Below are positions 46,658 through 54,648 of a stretch of DNA of 64,000 nucleotides, piece after piece. Numbering within the stretch: position 1 is the stretch's first letter; every line of letters starts with the position of its first letter. Location: NCBI GenBank assembly GCA_018651605.1, contig JABIDS010000009.1, forward strand, positions 84,563 through 148,562. Reading direction: 5' to 3'. The translations under genes and the position numbers were made by a program. The DNA is from an archaeon. GTDB taxonomy: Archaea > Nanobdellota > Nanobdellia > Pacearchaeales > GW2011-AR1. The notes beneath the pieces were generated by a model. The model worked only from the letters and a program-made list of their open reading frames with translations. It was not told the origin of the DNA and made no database searches.

Positions 46658-46672
46658 AGGGGCAATGCCCCT
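46658..46672 (-). terminator. GC-rich hairpin followed by T-run on the minus strand
   Basis: aggggc-aat-gcccct is the only GC-rich hairpin in this AT-rich spacer. On the minus strand it is followed by tctttt, downstream of the putative Rep operon. Confidence 0.3.
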
Positions 46673-46730
46673 CCAATTCTCGCAGGCAACTAATAAACCA
46701 ATTGGTAATTTAATTCGCGAGTATATTTGT

Positions 46731-46853
46731 TCATTCTAAATCATCTCCAATGAGGTGCTCATCCATTTTATTTGAACATTCCTTACAGAGTTCTGAAATA
46801 TATTCTGTCTTCTCTTTCAAACATCCATTACATTTTATTTTATTTTTTTTCAT
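46731..46853 (-). CDS. possible zinc-ribbon peptide (40 aa)
   Basis: Hand-translated MKKNKIKCNGCLKEKTEYISELCKECSNKMDEHLIGDDLE (CxxC...CxxC). Its start overlaps the upstream stop. Confidence 0.35.
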   Translation of the reverse strand: MKKNKIKCNGCLKEKTEYISELCKECSNKMDEHLIGDDLE

Positions 46854-47008
46854 TATATTTCTCCAAATTCTTTTAATAATCTCCTTTGTTGATTTAGTTC
46901 TAGGGTTTCTTTTTCTTTTTCTGAATAATCTTCAGGATAGTTTTTCCTTCTGCGTTTTGAATCCAAAAGCATGGACTCAAGTATTTTGTTGTCAGTTTGC
47001 TCGGTCAT
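46853..47008 (-). CDS. possible small protein (51 aa)
   Basis: Hand-translated MTEQTDNKILESMLLDSKRRRKNYPEDYSEKEKETLELNQQRRLLKEFGEI. Confidence 0.3.
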   Translation of the reverse strand: MTEQTDNKILESMLLDSKRRRKNYPEDYSEKEKETLELNQQRRLLKEFGEI

Positions 47009-47057
47009 TTTTGGTTACCATCACCCCTAGGATTTAGTAGCCTCTTTTAATCACCTC

Positions 47058-49187
47058 TTATATTTTTGCTTCTTTCAATTCATTTATTAATTTTATTTTA
47101 TTATCTTGAAGAAGAATTTGAGACATCTCTTTTCCTAAATCTCCTAAATCTTCAATAGAATATTCCTTATCGGGTTCAAGAGTAATTTTTATCTCTTGCC
47201 CTTTTTTATATCCTGCGATGTTTAAGGATTCTAGAGGTGTAAACTTGCCTACTCCACCCTCCAAACCAAGTGTCAAAGTGTCAGAAGTGTCAGATTTACG
47301 CTTAATTTTCTTATTTTTTTTTTCAAGTGTCAGATTACTTACTGACACCTTCTTATTAAGTGTCAAGTAAGTGTCAGTATACCATTTATTTATTTTATCG
47401 TCGTTATACTTACACCCTGACACCTCTGACACTATTTTTAATATATTCTCTTTAACTACAAACCCTTGTCTTAATAAAATCTCTATGACCTTATAAAAAT
47501 CCAATCGATATCCCCTTTGATTTCCAGTAGGGTTTTCTCTAAAATCAGTAAATCCAAGACTGCTTAATATCATACCAATTTTAGTGTTTGAAATATCATA
47601 ATGTCTAGGACTTTGCTCATCTAGTTCACTAGTAAATTGATTTTTTATGAATTCTACAGATAAAAACTTTTCAACTTCATGTTGACTAAACAATTTAATT
47701 ACCGTTTGAGCCATTATCATCTCCCAACTTTGTTCATCAAAATTAAAATCTCTTATCTCAAATAATCTAACTAAAAAAGAACCTATTTTCTTTTCTAAGT
47801 TCTTATTAATACAACTAGCTAATGCAATCAATGGCTTTGCCAATACCCATTGTCTATTCGCTAATCCATAATCATTTTTAATATTTTTTAGTGAATCTTC
47901 ATATTTTTTATAATTCAATAAACCACAAATATAAATTTTATTTCTTATAGAGCAATATTTAGAATCATCTTCAGGAGGAGGTTCAATATTTCCTCTTAAA
48001 TCTCCTTTTGGTGCTTTAATCATATGCAATGCCACGCTTCTTTGTCCCAAAGCTCCTCTTAGAGGTTTTATAGAACCTATTGCAGAATCCCCTGCAGGGT
48101 CAAATTCATCTGTTTGATTTATATTTTTATCATTTTGTCTAGGAACAGTATTCCCTTTTTCATAACTTCCATTAAGATATTCAACAAGTTCAGAATCCCC
48201 TGTAGTCTTCTTTTTAGAATCATCAAAAAGTCTTTCCATTTCTTCCATAAATAATGTAGCTTTGTTATGATGTCTGTATCTGAAAAAATTTGCAGGAGTG
48301 GGGCATAAGAATTTTTTCCCATTAAAAGAAAGATTTGCTCCAATTCTCATTCCTTTAGATTTTGCAACTCCTGAAATACCTTCATGTTTAATAATTAAGA
48401 ATTTGTCATTTAAATCCCAGAAATAAGTTTTTAAATCTCTTAATGGAAGAAGAAAATACCACATATCATTTTCAAAAACCATCCCCTCATCATAGAATTT
48501 TTTAACGTCATTAAACACTTTTTCAAAGGTGTAGTCTTTTTTATTTAAATTACCCTCGCAAAAAAATTTAATAGAATTCAAACTCCACCTATTTCTTTTT
48601 AAGGTCATAATAGAATCAAAAACAAAGTTAACATCCTCAGGCTTATTATTTTCAGTAATTATTTTTCCATTTTCAAGAACAATCCCTGGAGATAATTCAG
48701 TAGTTTGTATTAATTTGCCTCTCTGCTTTTTTAAAATTAATTCATTAACCTTAATTCCATAATATCTATAGTTCTTATTTTTTATTTTTATCTTACCAAC
48801 TGCGTGGTCAAGAACCTGAGGTAATTCTGAATCATCTAAGATAAATTTATTTAAATCTTTATTAAACTCTTCTTTTTCTTTTCCCTCTAATCTTTCTTTC
48901 AAATCTTCATTATATTCATCTACAAATCTATCCGCATTTTCTTGACTTACCCTCATATAAACACAACTCTTCTCATTAGTTTTCAGCATCTTTTTATCTT
49001 GGAAAGCAACTTCTTTATTGTCTGGGTCTTCTCTAGGCAATTGTTTTAAGTGTTTTGTTAGAGTTTCCTTATCACTCAACCATTTCGCATATTTTTCTTT
49101 CTTAACTTGTTCTTCATCTGTTAAGTATTCTTTAAATTCAACCCTCTCAACATTTTCTTTAGTTGTCATTTTCAACACCTTTTTCAT
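47058..49187 (-). CDS. large island protein (709 aa), candidate replication protein
   Basis: Largest island ORF, heading an operon behind RHH/HTH genes. Degenerate P-loop-like GISGVAKSKG is followed ~43 aa later by LFMEEME (SF3-helicase-like spacing). An iteron array lies inside its 3' part. Function is inferred only. Confidence 0.6.
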   Translation of the reverse strand: MKKVLKMTTKENVERVEFKEYLTDEEQVKKEKYAKWLSDKETLTKHLKQLPREDPDNKEVAFQDKKMLKTNEKSCVYMRVSQENADRFVDEYNEDLKERLEGKEKEEFNKDLNKFILDDSELPQVLDHAVGKIKIKNKNYRYYGIKVNELILKKQRGKLIQTTELSPGIVLENGKIITENNKPEDVNFVFDSIMTLKRNRWSLNSIKFFCEGNLNKKDYTFEKVFNDVKKFYDEGMVFENDMWYFLLPLRDLKTYFWDLNDKFLIIKHEGISGVAKSKGMRIGANLSFNGKKFLCPTPANFFRYRHHNKATLFMEEMERLFDDSKKKTTGDSELVEYLNGSYEKGNTVPRQNDKNINQTDEFDPAGDSAIGSIKPLRGALGQRSVALHMIKAPKGDLRGNIEPPPEDDSKYCSIRNKIYICGLLNYKKYEDSLKNIKNDYGLANRQWVLAKPLIALASCINKNLEKKIGSFLVRLFEIRDFNFDEQSWEMIMAQTVIKLFSQHEVEKFLSVEFIKNQFTSELDEQSPRHYDISNTKIGMILSSLGFTDFRENPTGNQRGYRLDFYKVIEILLRQGFVVKENILKIVSEVSGCKYNDDKINKWYTDTYLTLNKKVSVSNLTLEKKNKKIKRKSDTSDTLTLGLEGGVGKFTPLESLNIAGYKKGQEIKITLEPDKEYSIEDLGDLGKEMSQILLQDNKIKLINELKEAKI
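47269..47432. repeat. iteron-like array: 10 copies of GTGTCA(G)/CTGACAC
   Basis: Direct copies start at 47269, 47277, 47286, 47326, 47359 and 47370. Inverted copies lie at 47342-47348, 47417-47423 and 47426-47432. A perfect inverted repeat, gtgtcag-8nt-ctgacac, spans 47327-47348. Confidence 0.8.
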
Positions 49188-49494
49188 CTTCTGATGATTT
49201 GTTTATTCTATTAAAATTATCAATATTTTCAAAACACAATGTTAATTTAACAGGATTTATACTCCAACCTTCTGCGATTTGATAGATAAGTTTTGCAGTT
49301 TTTGGTAAGTCATATCCTACCAAAATTTGTCTTACTCTTCCTTGAGAAATTCCTGCCTTTATTCCTGCTTCCTTATAATCTCGAAATCTTAACCTCAGGT
49401 ATGTTTTCAAATCATTTGCGTTTAAATCATCATTAAGTAGGTATTTATTAGAGATGATATTGTTAATATTTGGGTTTGATTGTGAATTTTTCAT
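49159..49494 (-). CDS. HTH DNA-binding protein (111 aa)
   Basis: YKEAGIKAGISQGRVRQILVGY shows the helix-turn-helix pattern. Confidence 0.55.
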   Translation of the reverse strand: MKNSQSNPNINNIISNKYLLNDDLNANDLKTYLRLRFRDYKEAGIKAGISQGRVRQILVGYDLPKTAKLIYQIAEGWSINPVKLTLCFENIDNFNRINKSSEDEKGVENDN

Positions 49495-49495
49495 C

Positions 49496-49651
49496 TTAAA
49501 CGGCCTTGATTGCAGAATTTAATTTCTGATTTTCTCTTAAGATTTTATTTAAAGGGATTTCAATATCATTCTCAATTATAAAAGTTAATTTTGGAAATCT
49601 CTCTCGAAATTCATCGTTAATAAAAGGTTTTTTATTTGATTCAAATTGCAT
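49496..49651 (-). CDS. possible small protein (51 aa)
   Basis: Hand-translated MQFESNKKPFINDEFRERFPKLTFIIENDIEIPLNKILRENQKLNSAIKAV. Packed between two genes with overlapping or abutting codons. Confidence 0.35.
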   Translation of the reverse strand: MQFESNKKPFINDEFRERFPKLTFIIENDIEIPLNKILRENQKLNSAIKAV

Positions 49652-49790
49652 TTTGTTTTTCCTGAATTTTTTGTAACACTAAAAATCTAATAAAAGAGGA
49701 TGTTGATAATCCAGAATCCTCTGCAATTTTTAATATTCTTTTTTTATTTTTATCGTCTATAAAAAATGTTATTGATTTTCCTTTTTCCAT
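49641..49790 (-). CDS. ribbon-helix-helix protein (49 aa)
   Basis: Hand-translated MEKGKSITFFIDDKNKKRILKIAEDSGLSTSSFIRFLVLQKIQEKQNAI is a classic RHH. First gene of the minus-strand operon. Confidence 0.55.
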   Translation of the reverse strand: MEKGKSITFFIDDKNKKRILKIAEDSGLSTSSFIRFLVLQKIQEKQNAI

Positions 49791-49929
49791 TTTACTAATA
49801 ACCTATGGTATTTTATAGTACTTTAAGGTAGATATGGTTTATAAACATTTCTATCATATAGTTTTATAGTTTACCATAATGTTTATATATTGATTTAGAC
49901 TTCTAATTTAAATATTATCCAAAAACAAG

Positions 49930-50532
49930 ATGGTTCAAAAACAAATTAACTCAAATGAAGAAGGTGTAAAGAATCTTTTTTTTGACAAAGAAACTCTTGA
50001 AAATGATTTTGAAGGTCTGATGACTTCTCTAACAGATATTGAACAAGGAGTAATAAAGATTTTATATGAGAAAAAACACGCTATGACAATGAGTAAAATA
50101 AGAGGTCTTTTAGTTGATGCTTATTTTCATTACTTAATAGAATTTTATGAAGAAAATACTAAAAAAAAGATTAACAACTTGGCTGAAAAGTCTATTAAAT
50201 GGAGACCTAATTTAGAATTAACATTTTTACAGGCAGAAAAGGTCATGCAAGGAATTACTAAAAAGATGAAAGAAAGGGGTGATAAAGCATTGTATGAGAG
50301 CCAGAGACTAAAAGAAATCAATGATGTTATGATTAATAATGGAATTATACTTCCTTCTAGGAATCTTGTTAATTCCTCCTTGATTAATCTAAAAAGAATG
50401 GGCTTAGTTTCTTTTAGATATGTTATTCCAACCAATTCTCTTAATAAGGAGGATTTTAATAAAAAAGATAGATATCAAAGAGAAATATGGTTCTTAAATC
50501 CTAAATTTTATACTTTTCTAAAAAAGTTATAA
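49930..50532 (+). CDS. hypothetical protein with wHTH-like segments (200 aa)
   Basis: IEQGVIKILYEKKHAMTMSKIRGLL and SSLINLKRMGLVSFRY resemble winged-helix recognition regions. Confidence 0.5.
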   Translation: MVQKQINSNEEGVKNLFFDKETLENDFEGLMTSLTDIEQGVIKILYEKKHAMTMSKIRGLLVDAYFHYLIEFYEENTKKKINNLAEKSIKWRPNLELTFLQAEKVMQGITKKMKERGDKALYESQRLKEINDVMINNGIILPSRNLVNSSLINLKRMGLVSFRYVIPTNSLNKEDFNKKDRYQREIWFLNPKFYTFLKKL

Positions 50533-50572
50533 TCCCTTAATTGTTTAAAACCCGAACTATAACTTCTATTAC

Positions 50573-50584
50573 TGCTCGAGGGAT
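50573..50584 (+). repeat. attR core (tgctcgagggat)
   Basis: Exact 12-bp copy of the tRNA-Tyr 3' end (35808-35819). Confidence 0.75.
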
Positions 50585-50630
50585 ATCCTGTTTTCTATAA
50601 ATTTAAAAACTTGAATATCTTTAGAATTGT

Positions 50631-51320
50631 ATGGAAGAGGGGATGTTAGAAGCAGCAAAGGTATTAGAATCTGAATCTAGAAATAATGGTTTTCTATTGA
50701 TTGTTTTTTTGATTTTGAGTTTTATGATTATGGTTGTGATTTCGATTTTTGGGTTTTTTTATTTTGGTGGAGATTCTGATGAAGGTAATAAATCTTTTTC
50801 TAATGATAGTTTGTTACAAAGTAATGTAAGTGCAGGTTCTGTTGTGAATGTTAGTGATGGAGGTGGGGAAGGTGTTAATGGATCTTTGGTGGGAGATGAT
50901 AATTCTAGTGATGAGGGTGTTAATGAGTCTGTTTTTGATGATGGAAGTGTTCCTAATCCGACAGGTTCTATAAAAATTTTTAAGATAAAAGATGATGAAG
51001 GAGAATATTTTTGTAATAATGTTACAAATTCTGAGCATGGAGTAAGGGTTTATACTTATAGGATTGTGAATGGGGTTAAGAATTTGTCAGAAGAATTTGT
51101 GGATAGTGCTAAAGTGAATAATTTGTGTGACCATTTTAATGTTAATGTGACTAATTATTATATAAAATGGGAATGGGAGGCTGTTGAAGGTATTGATGGC
51201 TATAGAATTTATCAGCATTATGCTCTTAATAATATTACTAAAAATTATAATTATTATGTTGATATGAAGGTTGGTTTTCATTCGTTAATTGATATGGGTT
51301 TGGATTTCTGGGTTTCTTGA
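50631..51320 (+). CDS. membrane-anchored secreted protein, hypothetical (FN3-like C-terminus)
   Basis: TM helix, G/S/D/N-rich linker, then YYIKWEWEAVEGIDGYRIYQ. Uses the chromosomal G/T-ending codon style. Confidence 0.6.
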   Translation: MEEGMLEAAKVLESESRNNGFLLIVFLILSFMIMVVISIFGFFYFGGDSDEGNKSFSNDSLLQSNVSAGSVVNVSDGGGEGVNGSLVGDDNSSDEGVNESVFDDGSVPNPTGSIKIFKIKDDEGEYFCNNVTNSEHGVRVYTYRIVNGVKNLSEEFVDSAKVNNLCDHFNVNVTNYYIKWEWEAVEGIDGYRIYQHYALNNITKNYNYYVDMKVGFHSLIDMGLDFWVS

Positions 51321-51383
51321 TTGATTGGGATATAACTATTTTATTATATCAAAATTTATAATAGGAGTATTTTATTTTAGTAT

Positions 51384-51674
51384 ATGGATAGGAAGAATTT
51401 GGCTGATAAATTAAAGTTTGTTGCGCAGACTGGGTTTTTGGTTCCTGCGATTGGTGAAGGGATTTATGGTGGTTCTCTTTTGATTTATGATTTTTGGATT
51501 AATGATTGTTTTTATTTTAAAGAACAAGTTACAAATGTTATTGGTGAGGTTAATTATGATGGATTTCAGTTGATTGCTCCAATTGTTGGAATTGGAAGTT
51601 ATATCTATTCTGTAGGGTATTGTTCTAATAAAATAAATAAGTTTGTTGATAAAATTGTTGGGATAGATAATTAG
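51384..51674 (+). CDS. hypothetical small membrane protein (96 aa)
   Basis: ORF with hydrophobic segments. Confidence 0.45.
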   Translation: MDRKNLADKLKFVAQTGFLVPAIGEGIYGGSLLIYDFWINDCFYFKEQVTNVIGEVNYDGFQLIAPIVGIGSYIYSVGYCSNKINKFVDKIVGIDN

Positions 51675-53041
51675 TTTCTCTTTTCATTAATATAAAATGC
51701 TCTGTTAGAATTTGTGTCTTTTAATTTTCCGTCTCTTTCATAAACTGCTCTTGCTGAGGGTAGTTCGAATCTTCCTATGACGCCTATTTTTGAATAAATA
51801 ATATAACTAAATACTCTTTCTTCTCCTTTGTTTAATGAGTCAATTTCCCAGCTTAATCTGTGATTGGTTAGGTCTATTTCATTTGGAGGAATTGCTCCGA
51901 ATCTTTCGTATAGTTTTACTAATGGTGGTAATTTATCAATGAGTCTGATTTTTGTTATGTGATTTTTTGCTTTAATCCTCAATGTTACTTTTAGAGCGAA
52001 TTGTCCTCCTTTTGTTTTGACAAATGATACGTTTTTGTTTAAGGTTAGATGGTTTGTTGAAGATTTTTTTGAAAGATATATTATTCCGAAGATTAGTAGG
52101 AATATGAATACTGGATAGAACCAATTTGTGGTTGAGATTATTTTTAGTTCTTCATTTGAGACAAGTTCTTTTTCCCAGATGTAGTATCTTCCAAATCCTT
52201 TGAATCCTGACTTAGTTGGTTCAATGTTGAAATTAGTGAATAGAGCTGTTATTAGGTTTTTTTCTATTCTTATGCTTACACTTTTTTTTACATTTCCTAC
52301 GTTGTGTCTGATAATTTCTTGTCTTTTTTTAATTAATCCTGAAGATGATTCGCTTGAATATAAATCTTCTTTTTCTAGGAAATTAATCATTGCTTCTTTG
52401 GTTGCTGATTTGTCTTGGTATTTTATTTTTGTGTTTGTTAAATAAGAGCCTGCTTCTAATGGTTTTATTTTTTCCTTGTCTAATTGTATCTCTATTTCTT
52501 TTATTTCTAGTGATTCTAATGTAAGTGTTTCTTTTTGTTCGAAAAATGCTGAGCTGAATTCTAGATTTAGGTTTTTGAAATCTTTTGATATTCTGTTTTT
52601 AATTGAAACTTGTATTGTATTTGAGTTTGGGTTTATGTTTGCAAAGGTTATGTCAAATGATGATTCTAAGTCTGCTACATTTAGTGTTAAGGTTTTCTTT
52701 TGTATGTCTTCTTCTGAATCTTTTATTATGTATTCAAATGTAAAAAATCCTTTTTTTGATAAAAGTGCTTTTTGTGGCATGGCTGAGATTCTTATTGTTT
52801 TTGTTTGTTGAGAGTTTATTGTGAAGGAATCTGGTTCTATGTCTACACCTACTAAAGAGTAGATTTCAAAATTATCTGAATCTTGGTTGTTTGTTATTAC
52901 TAAGTCGAAGATTGCTGGTTCGTTTAAATCGCTGATTGCAGTGTTTGATATTGGGATTGTGTTTATGTCTAAGTTTGTTGCTGAAAGAAGATTTAAGTTA
53001 ATTAATAATATTAGTGAGATTAAAATGTGGAGGTGTTTCAT
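51671..53041 (-). CDS. secreted/membrane protein with DUF11-like beta-sandwich C-terminal region
   Basis: N-terminal signal and an internal TM helix. The C-terminal LSWEIDSLNKGEERVFSYIIYSKIGVIGRFELPSA pattern is DUF11-like. Confidence 0.6.
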   Translation of the reverse strand: MKHLHILISLILLINLNLLSATNLDINTIPISNTAISDLNEPAIFDLVITNNQDSDNFEIYSLVGVDIEPDSFTINSQQTKTIRISAMPQKALLSKKGFFTFEYIIKDSEEDIQKKTLTLNVADLESSFDITFANINPNSNTIQVSIKNRISKDFKNLNLEFSSAFFEQKETLTLESLEIKEIEIQLDKEKIKPLEAGSYLTNTKIKYQDKSATKEAMINFLEKEDLYSSESSSGLIKKRQEIIRHNVGNVKKSVSIRIEKNLITALFTNFNIEPTKSGFKGFGRYYIWEKELVSNEELKIISTTNWFYPVFIFLLIFGIIYLSKKSSTNHLTLNKNVSFVKTKGGQFALKVTLRIKAKNHITKIRLIDKLPPLVKLYERFGAIPPNEIDLTNHRLSWEIDSLNKGEERVFSYIIYSKIGVIGRFELPSARAVYERDGKLKDTNSNRAFYINEKRN

Positions 53042-53124
53042 TTGATGAAAACATAATGAAGATATATAAATATTTTTGTGGGTGGTTGTATATTATAGGG
53101 TTATTGGGTTGAAAAATTATTGAA

Positions 53125-53379
53125 TTTCCGCCCCTGCGAAAAGCCGGTTTCACCTTTTCCTTTTCGCGCCTTTGCAGTCTTGAAATTTTGTTAGAGGGTT
53201 ACTTTTTGCAGATGAGAAGATTAGGTTTTGTCATGAATGCTAAAAATGTTTTTCATAGCTTCTGATATTTAGAAGATTTCAAAAAAATTAGAAATTTGGG
53301 TTGGACTTGTCCTCCCAAATTGATATAAAATAAGATGAGCGGAGCGAATGAATCTACGCGAGCGATAGCAAGCATTTAG
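53125..53379 (+). repeat. mosaic intergenic repeat, full-length copy
   Basis: Stem 1 at 53136-53167 (gcgaaaag/cttttcgc); bulged-T hairpin at 53294-53320; 3' block gatataaaataagatgagcggagcgaatgaatctacgcgagcgatagcaagcatttag. Confidence 0.85.
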
Positions 53380-53406
53380 CTAATGAGGATAATTATTAAA
53401 AATAAG

Positions 53407-53904
53407 CTAACTCTTAGCCTCCAAAGCTAAGAATGCTTTGGATTGGTCGATTAGTTCGAGTAATTCTTCGACAAGTCTTTGTTCATAATCATCAACTCTG
53501 TTTCTTATTAGGTATCTATCATAAACTCCTCTTAAGAATTTGAAGAAAGGTTTGTTTTCCCATCTATTTTCGTAGTCTTTTTCTATAACTGCTGTAAAGC
53601 TGACTTCTAATGTTCCTGAGTTCATTTTTACTTTTTTGCCTTCTCTTTGGACTTCGACGTCTTTCATTCCTAGAATCATCCATCTTATTTTTATTCTAAA
53701 TTGGAAATAATCAGAGATTTTTCTAAATGCTTCCCATTCTATTTCTATTTCTTTTGCATCTCCTGCAACTTTTTCAGAGTATTTTTTTTCTGTTAAATCA
53801 TAGCCTTCACTGATTATCCAATCGTATGCAAAACTATAATAATCTTTGAAATGAAAAATTCCTCCGTGTTTTATCTTCCCTTTGTAAATCTGATCTTTTT
53901 CCAT
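53407..53904 (-). CDS. hypothetical protein (165 aa)
   Basis: ORF only. Confidence 0.5.
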   Translation of the reverse strand: MEKDQIYKGKIKHGGIFHFKDYYSFAYDWIISEGYDLTEKKYSEKVAGDAKEIEIEWEAFRKISDYFQFRIKIRWMILGMKDVEVQREGKKVKMNSGTLEVSFTAVIEKDYENRWENKPFFKFLRGVYDRYLIRNRVDDYEQRLVEELLELIDQSKAFLALEAKS

Positions 53905-53978
53905 TTTTTTGTTGTTATATAATAGTTAAAGAAGTTGTCTATTTAAATATTTTCATCTGTATGTTTTTAGATGATTTG

Positions 53979-54536
53979 TTATTCTCCCATCTCTTTACAT
54001 CTTTCGCATAATTTTTTTCCGTCAACACTGTATAATAAATCAAATCTTTCGCATTCTTCACATATTCCTTCTTCAAAATTTTCCCTTACTGTTTCTCCTT
54101 TTAGGGCGTAGCCTTCTTTTGCGATTTGAAATAATTCTGGTTGGATTTTTAAGATGTCTTTAAGAGTTAGATATCCAATGACTTTTTTATTTACTGTTAC
54201 AGGTAATCTTCGGAATTTAACTCTTTTCATTAATTTTACTGCGTCGTAAATATCTGCGGACGGTTTTATTGTTGTTATTTTTCTTATACAAATGTCTCCT
54301 ACTTTAATGCCGCTTAAATCCTTTTTTTTGCTTAATGCCCAGATTATGTCTTTTTCAGTTAGTATTCCTCTTAATAGTCCTTTTTCTACAACTATTAAAC
54401 TTCCTACTCTTTTTTTGACCATTAATTTAACTGCTTCTAAAACTTGTGCATCAAAATTTATAGAAATAAAGTTTCTTGCCATGACATCTCCAACCTTGAC
54501 TCCGACTTTGACTGAAAAAGGGTTCCATTTTTTCAT
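53979..54536 (-). CDS. CBS-domain pair protein with C-terminal zinc ribbon
   Basis: Two CBS repeats (VGDVMARNFISI..., VGDICIRKITTI...). C-terminal CEECERF...CERC. Confidence 0.8.
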   Translation of the reverse strand: MKKWNPFSVKVGVKVGDVMARNFISINFDAQVLEAVKLMVKKRVGSLIVVEKGLLRGILTEKDIIWALSKKKDLSGIKVGDICIRKITTIKPSADIYDAVKLMKRVKFRRLPVTVNKKVIGYLTLKDILKIQPELFQIAKEGYALKGETVRENFEEGICEECERFDLLYSVDGKKLCERCKEMGE

Positions 54537-54619
54537 GAAATATGGAGTTATTGAGGGTATTTATAGTTGGTTAGGGATTAAAGTATGTTTTGTAGAATAT
54601 ATATTCTTGTTTGTGAATC

Positions 54620-54627
54620 TTTAAAAG
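54620..54627 (+). promoter_or_regulatory. TATA box for thermosome gene
   Basis: tttaaaag is centred 26 nt upstream of ATG 54649. Confidence 0.45.
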
Positions 54628-54648
54628 TTGATTTGGGTTTTGATTTTT

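Larger units (their letters stand above)
35808..50584. mobile_element. integrated element (~14.8 kb) in tRNA-Tyr: integrase, RHH/HTH regulators, putative Rep, nucleases, protease, small membrane proteins
   Basis: A tRNA 3' end is duplicated at the far border and the integrase gene is adjacent to the tRNA. Plus-strand genes inside use A-ending codons, unlike chromosomal plus-strand genes. Confidence 0.8.

Noticed and set aside
46750-47037. 95-aa plus-strand ORF.
   Set aside because: It is a hydrophobic, low-complexity shadow. The minus strand here holds two compact micro-ORFs that continue the Rep operon with overlapping codons.
47269-47432. Considered whether the short repeats here, or the mosaic repeats elsewhere, could be a CRISPR array.
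   Set aside because: There are no regularly spaced 25-40 nt direct repeats with unique spacers anywhere in the window. The heptamers are too short and irregularly spaced, and the mosaic repeats are dispersed single copies. No cas genes are present.
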